A stretch of 64,000 bases of DNA from NCBI GenBank assembly GCA_951406725.2, contig OX597834.1, positions 29,946,001 through 30,010,000 of the forward strand, in the 5' to 3' direction. How positions within the stretch are numbered: position 1 is the first letter of the stretch; the number at the start of each line of letters is the position of its first letter. This DNA is from Octopus vulgaris. Taxonomy: Eukaryota. Both the position numbers and the translations under genes were made by a program. Shown here in pieces: positions 57,253 to 64,000 of the stretch. The notes beneath the pieces are model-generated. The model saw only the letters and a program-made list of their open reading frames with translations, did not search any database and had not been told where the DNA came from.

Positions 57253-58645
57253 ATATATATATATATATATATACATATATATCACTGTCATACAAGTGGT
57301 GTTAATTGTTTGCAATCTTATCCAGATTAGGGGAAAACGTTACCCCTTGCTTGGAGACAATTAAGGCTTGGCAGTAGAAACAGCATCAGGCCATAAAAAC
57401 ATTAAAAATCTACTGCAACAAATGTTGTCTGACTCATGCAAACATGGAAAAGTAGACAATTGAAATAGTAATTACAATCATAATGACAGTGATGTTGATG
57501 ATGATGATGGTATAATTAACTGGTTCCAGTTGAACTGATCAATGGAAAAGCCTGCTTGCGAAATTAATGTTTAAGCAGCTGAGTATTCCACAGACACACA
57601 TACCCTTAATGTACAGCATAACACTGTACATTAAGTGTGACAAGACTGGCCCCTTTGAATTACAGGTACAACTCACTTCTGCCAACTGATTGGACTGGAG
57701 TAACATGAAATGAAGTATCTTGCTCAAGGACATAACATACTATTATGAATTGCACGCATGGTCTTGTGAGGATGAACCAAATACCACTCACCACTAAGCC
57801 ACACGTCTTCACTATGATGAATAGAGTCAGAGAGAGAGGAGGGGGGGGTCACTGAAAATGGTGATCCGTTGATTGAAACTAATTGGTGTGACTAATTAAT
57901 AACTTCTATGTCATGGGTCTTCTTGATTAGAGTTGGTTTGGGCCTAAGCAGTTACAACAAGAGCCATGTTATGAAACAACCAAATACGGTTGTCACTCAA
58001 CCTGCTCTATCTAAAATGCATATAAATAAACCTCATGTGACACTCTGCTTTCTTAGAAAAATGAAAAATATTGCATAATGTAGTCTGTTGGTATTTGAGA
58101 TGGTCAACGATAGAATACTATTGATAATAGATCTTCTCAGTCAAGGATGATTTACTGGGTAAATAATAATAATCCAAAAAACAAAAACAAAAAAAAGATA
58201 AGAGCTGGTTTCAAAAGGCAGACACAAACAAATACTAACTAAAACTGTGTTTAGTAAGACGGTAACATTTGACAGCCACAGAGGCTGAAACTTATCAAGC
58301 TACATTAGGTAGCTTGTCTCATACACAATACACAAATAAGATAATCCTTGACAAGTATCTAAGATTGATGACAGAATATAGCTTTTAAAAAACATAGAAC
58401 ACCATTCAGTAGCAAGCACCAAGTGATAAATTGCGATAAATTTTCATTAAGCATGCAAAAACAAGAGAGAAAAAGAACCAGTTACAATGGTGACTGACCT
58501 TTGTTGATACAGAACTTAAAAGAAACTGTAAGACACTGGTTGTGTGTGTGTGTTTGCATTAATGTTTAAAGGTGCTGGCAATGCCTAAGTGAAATATATT
58601 TACATATATATATACATATATATATATATATATTGTGGCACACCA

Positions 58646-59005
58646 TCAGTTATGACAAGGGTTCCAGTTGATCCGATCAACGGAACAGCCAGCTCGTGAA
58701 ATTACTGTGCAATTGGCTGAGCACTCCACAGACACGTCTACCCTTAATATAGTTCTCAGCGTGACACAGAATGTGACCAGGCTGGCCCTTTGAAATACAG
58801 GTACAACAGAAACGGAAAGAAAGAGTGAGAGAAAGTTGTGGTGAAAGAGTACAGTAGGGGTCACCACCATCCTCTGCCGGAGCTTTGTGGAGCTTTAGGT
58901 GTTTTCGTTCAATAAACATTCATGACGCCTGGTCTGGGAATCAAAACCGCGATCCTACAACCACAAGTCTGCTGCCCTAACTACTGGTCCACTGTGCCGC
59001 CGCCA
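58646..59005 (-). mobile_element. tRNA-derived SINE family C (related copies at 57520-57810 and 8340-8410)
   Basis: Minus-strand tRNA-like head; shared ggttccagttgatccgatcaacggaacagc segment. Confidence 0.65.
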
Positions 59006-59163
59006 CCACACACACACACACATATATATGTATGTATATATCAGACAATTTAATATAAAACTGAAGGAATATTCAAGTCTTTAGAAGAACACATATTTAT
59101 GATCACACACACACACTATTCTACAGAATGACAAAGGAAAAACAATTAAGAAATGAAATTCAT

Positions 59164-59246
59164 AAGCTTACAGCTGTTTCTGCTATTAAATGCAATGCAC
59201 TCATAGTTGAGGTCTTGAGTGTCACCCTATATTCTCATCAGAGCTT
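59164..59246 (-). ncRNA. Hammerhead-like fold with canonical CUGAUGA core and long stem II region
   Basis: Minus strand AAGCT-CTGATGA-(about 54 nt)-GAA-ACAGCTGT-A-AGCTT. Confidence 0.4.
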
Positions 59247-59361
59247 CAAACATGATCATTTATTCTTTCGTCATCCCAATTTCTTATCATCACTCTGTAC
59301 TCATCTAACACTTTGTTTCTGAAGCATCTGAATACTGAGTTCTAACACCAAGTTATTAGTG

Positions 59362-59392
<31 letters not shown>

Positions 59393-59394
59393 GC

Positions 59395-59602
59395 AGACGT
59401 CGCTAAAGTGACAAAGGGCACAAAGTGACACCAGCATTGTAAAAAAAAAAAAAGAGTCAAAATGACTCAACCACAAAACCGCTATCTCAGTAAATTGACA
59501 ACAAAGACAAAAAGAGTGCTTTTGTGACTAATGAGTCGTTTTGACTTCTATTTCTAGCAATGCTGGAGCTACTTTGTACCCTCTGTCACTTTAGTGACGT
59601 CT
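59395..59602. mobile_element. MITE-like element with long imperfect TIRs
   Basis: agacgtcgctaaagtgacaaaggg.../...ccctctgtcactttagtgacgtct, plus an inner inverted repeat gtcaaaatgactca/tgagtcgttttgac. Confidence 0.7.
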
Positions 59603-59643
59603 ATAAATTTGCCTTTAGGTTTTTAAATTGGTAATATACCACC

Positions 59644-59687
<44 letters not shown>

Positions 59688-59692
<5 letters not shown>

Positions 59693-59882
59693 ATCCAAAC
59701 ATGAAAACACAACAACGCGAGGACGTGGAACAAGTATAGTATTATTGGACGATCAGGAAAGAAGGAGGGTTTAACGTTTCGAGCGGAGCTCTTCGTCGGA
59801 AACATAGGAGAAGGAAAGATCCAAAGAAGGGAAGACGGAGGAAAAAAAAATCGCCAACGGTACACACGCGGTCACATTTTGA
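59688..59882 (-). mobile_element. Penelope-like pLTR fragment inserted in (TA)n
   Basis: CpG-rich ~195 bp unit flanked by (TA)n on both sides; contains the minimal hammerhead. Confidence 0.55.
59769..59803 (-). ncRNA. Minimal Penelope-type hammerhead ribozyme (U4C variant)
   Basis: Minus strand GTTT-CCGACGA-A-GAGC-TCC-GCTC-GAA-ACGT-T-AAAC. Confidence 0.6.
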
Positions 59883-61132
59883 ATATATATATATATATAC
59901 ACACACATATATGTATGCATGTATATATGCATGCATATATGTATGTATTACATATATATGCATGTACGTATGTATGTGTGTATGCATTTATTTATGTATA
60001 TACGCATGTGTTATATATGTATGTATGTATGTATGTACGTATGTATGTGGGGATGTTTGGATGGATGGCCGTGTGCTTCAGAAGCTAGTCTCAAGCCAAT
60101 CAAAGCCTTTTGTGAGTAGATTTGGAAGAAGGAAACTGAAGGAAGCCCATCATATATGTGTGTGTGTGTGTGTGTGCCTTCATAGTTGTGCTTGTCCCTC
60201 CACCACCACTTGACAACCCGTGTTAGTTTGTTGATGTCTCCACAACATGACAGTTCCGCAAAAGGGTCCAACAGGGTAAGCACAAGGCTTTAAAATTAGT
60301 ATATAAGCCTTGTGGGGGGGGGGGTGATTTGTTCAATTAAACCCTTTGAGTTGGTGCCCCAGCATGGTCGCAGTCCAATGACTGAAACATGTAAAGGATA
60401 AAAGCGAAACATGCACACATGTATCTGCATGTGCATGTGTGGTTGTATGCATCATCATCATCATCATCTTGTTTCCACGTCTGGATACCCTCTCTGATGC
60501 CATATGTGCGTGTATTTGTGTGTGTGTTCGTATGTGCACAAATATATGCGGGTGGGTGTGGGAGTAGGTATGCATGGATGGGTATGTACATATATGTGTA
60601 TAGGGAGAATTGCGTGGGTGGATACACACACACACATGTATACAGCATGCTTATAGTACAGACAAGTGATATGTATATATATATATATATATATTCATAT
60701 ACACTCACAACACATATACACATTACATACATATATACATACATACATACAAAGAGAATGGTATGTACACACACACACTTATATTTGTACAAATGGAGAA
60801 CAGCTTTACTCTGAGGCACAATTAATTAAAACCACAACTTAGCCTGGTTTATGTTCCAGATTTTTAATATTTAATATTTCCTGATTAATTCTCTTCTTTC
60901 TCTTCTTCTCCTGGCTGTTGTTCTTGCTCTTGCTCTTGTACTGTTGCTCACAAACTCATATCTTTAATCTTTTACTAGTTTCGCTCATTGGTCTGTGGCC
61001 ATGCTGGGGCACTGCATTGCAGGGTTTTAACTGAATGAACCAACTCCAGCACTCATGCTGAACTGCTAAGTTACAGGGATGTAAACAAACCAACACTGGT
61101 TGTCAAGGTGTGGCATGGGGACAAACACAAAC

Positions 61133-61950
61133 ATCATCATCATCATCATCGTTAAATGTCTGCTTTCCATGCTGACATGGATTGGACAGTTTGACTGAGG
61201 GCCGGCGAGCCAGAAGGCTGCACCAGGCTCCAATCCAATCTGGCAATGTTTCTACAGCTGGATGCCCTTCCTATCGCCAACCACTCCGAAAGTGTAGTGG
61301 GTGCTTTTTATGTGCCACCAGCACGAGGGCCAGTCAAGTGGTACAGGCATCGGCCACACTTGAATGGTGCTTTTTATATACCACCAGCATAGGAGCCAGT
61401 CAGGCAGTACTGGCAATGACCATGCTCAAATGGTGCTTTTTACGTGCCACCGGTACGGGACCAGTTAGGTGGCACTGTTCATCTACCACACTTGAATGGT
61501 GTTTTTTACGTGTTACTGGCACAGGTGCCAATCAAGCGGTACTATCATTGGCTACAACGATGACTTCACTTGCCTCAACAGGTCTTCACAAGCACAGTTT
61601 ATTGCCCAATGACTGAAGGCTACTCTTAAATGGGCAGATGATACTGCACTGGCATAGGTCATGGATCACGGTCTCACTTGGCTTCCAGAGTCTTCTCCAG
61701 TACAGCATATCTCCAAAGGTCTCGGTCACTTGTCATCACCTCGGTGAGGCCCAACATTCGATGGTCATGCTTCACCACCTCATCACAGGCCTTCCTGGGT
61801 CTACCTCTTCCACAGGTTCCCTCAACTGCTTGGGTGTGACACTTTTTCACACAGCTGTCATCATCCATATGTAACACATGACCATACAAGTGCAGTCATC
61901 TCTTTTGCACACTATGTCTGATGCTTCTTATGTCCAACTTTTCTCCCAGG
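61133..61950 (-). mobile_element. 5'-truncated RTE LINE, same family as 32380-33630
   Basis: YGHVLHMDDDSCVKKC..VEGTCGRGRPRK plus the same 3' UTR and (CAT)n. Confidence 0.88.
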
Positions 61951-62179
61951 TAGGGTGTTTGAAGAAAAGGCTTTGTGGCATTTGTTCCAGATGTTTATGT
62001 TCTGAGTTCAAATTCCACCAAGATCATCTTTGTTGTAAATCCTTCCAGGGTAGATGAGATATGCAGTCAAATACTGGTGCTGGCGGCACTGACGAGGGCT
62101 CTCCCCTAAACATTTTCTGTCCTGGTACCTCAGAAATTATAAGTGTGGTATGTTGTTACATATGATCCAAACTGTTATA

Positions 62180-62492
62180 AGACACAGAAACAGGGACATT
62201 AATGAAAACTCTAGCAAGAACTGGACCTGTTAAGAATGAAGAAGTGCTAATTAGCAAGTACAAAACGATTAATGCTCTCTCCTAATTAAGACAAGCAGGA
62301 AGCTGATGTACTTTGAAGGCTACTACAGGAAGGAAAGATAAATGGCAAACACTTTGAGAGGAAGACCCAAAACAAACTAGTTTGACTGATCTATCTTATG
62401 GTGAATGTGTAAGAATGGCAGAGAAAAGAACTGAACGGAGATCCCTGATATTCAACCAGCTGAGGGCAGATGGCATGTAGTAGCAGTAGTAG

Positions 62493-62526
<34 letters not shown>

Positions 62527-62910
62527 GATATACACACACACATATATGATGAGGTTCTGAGCTTCTTCCAGTTTCATAAGAAACACACACAATTCCTTTC
62601 ATAAAATACTGATTGGTGGTTCAGGGGCTTAGTAGAAAACACTTACTTTGCCCCAGGTGAAGTGCAGTCAGATTGAACCTGAATGCTTGTGGTTTGCAAG
62701 GCAAACTTTTTAACCTCACAGCCATGCCTGCTTCCATTTATTTGTTTGTAGCTTTCTATGCTAAAAGGAAGGACAAATGGTAAATGCCTTGAAAGGAAGA
62801 CTTAAGACAAACTGGCTTCCTTGCATCAAGAACTGGACTAAACTATCGTAGGGTGAGTGTGTAAGAATGGCATTCAACCTACAGAGAATAGAGAGCACCT
62901 AATAATGATG
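62180..62910 (+). mobile_element. Two decayed RTE C-terminal fragments (about 62180-62490 and 62760-62910)
   Basis: EGKINGK..RGRPK..LSYGECVRMA-like remnants, similar to each other. Confidence 0.5.
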
Positions 62911-63388
62911 AAGCCTGGCGGATTACCAGAATCAGAGGAGAATGGACGAAATGCTTTGTACTATTGTTCTGGCTCATTACATTCTGAGATCAAATCCCAC
63001 AGAGGTCATTTTGCCTTTCAGCCATCTGGGGAGTCAATGAAATATAGTACAAGTCAAATGCTGCTAGTCTATTTTATCAGTTGTATCAACTAACACCCCT
63101 TCCTTCAAAACTGCTGGTCACATGCAGGATTTTTTAAAATATATATATATATATCTACAGTGAATGGCTGTGGAGGTCCAGTAGAGTAGAACAGGAATCA
63201 AAGGGGCCCAAAAATTGGTTGAAAAACACTGGTTTACTGGATCAAGGTTGAGCTGGGGCTGAACTATAATAACTGTGTTTATGTCAGTCTGTGTCAGTGC
63301 AAGAACCAGATGTGAATTTATTTCAAAAACCTTAAGATTCATAGAACAACGTGGAAGACAAGCAGCTGCAAAAATACTTGTTGCAGGC

Positions 63389-63926
63389 ATATATATATAT
63401 ATACACATACATATATATATATATATATACATACATATATACACATACATATACATACATACACATACATACATACATACATATACATACATACATATAT
63501 TCATACATATATACATATACATACATACATATATTCATACATATATACATATACATACATATATATATATATGCATACATATATATATATATGCATACAT
63601 ATATATATATATGCATACATATATATATATACATACATATATATATACATACATATATATATATACATACATATATATATACATACATATATATATATAC
63701 ATACATATATATATATACATATATATATACATACATATATATATATACATACATATATATATACATACATATATATATACATACATATATATATATATAT
63801 ACATACATATATATGCATATATATACATACATATATATGCATATATATACATACATATATATACATATATATACATACATATATATACACATACATATAT
63901 ATATATACATATATATACATATATAC

Positions 63927-63963
<37 letters not shown>

Positions 63964-64000
63964 CACATACATATATATACACATACATATATACATATAT
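63389..64000. repeat. Compound TA/TACA microsatellite running off the window end
   Basis: Seen directly. Confidence 0.95.

Overview
AT-rich, repeat-dense animal genomic DNA. The SINE/RTE repertoire and (TA)n/(TG)n load suggest an octopus (inference). Positions 465-52790 on the + strand hold the 3' part of a VPS8 gene (CORVET subunit): 35 coding exons traced by hand, with consistent GT-AG phases, from the WD40/beta-propeller region to the C-terminal RING-H2 and stop codon. The 5' exons lie upstream of the window. Two VPS8 anomalies stand out: exon 4 has in-frame stops as assembled, and the 43-nt exon 15 is present twice, flanking a retroposon fragment. Introns and the downstream 11 kb contain tRNA-derived SINEs, RTE LINE fragments, R4/Dong-like and mariner remnants, piggyBac-derived TTAA MITEs, a hAT MITE, a Helitron, foldback elements and mini/microsatellites. 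The most notable signal is a set of short, (TA)n-associated, often foldback elements resembling Penelope pLTRs. They carry minimal type-I hammerhead-ribozyme-like folds in which the core 3-8 pair appears as C-G, G-C, A-U and (degenerate) U-A. Almost all ORFs in the supplied track are microsatellite or repeat artefacts. Repeat boundaries are approximate.
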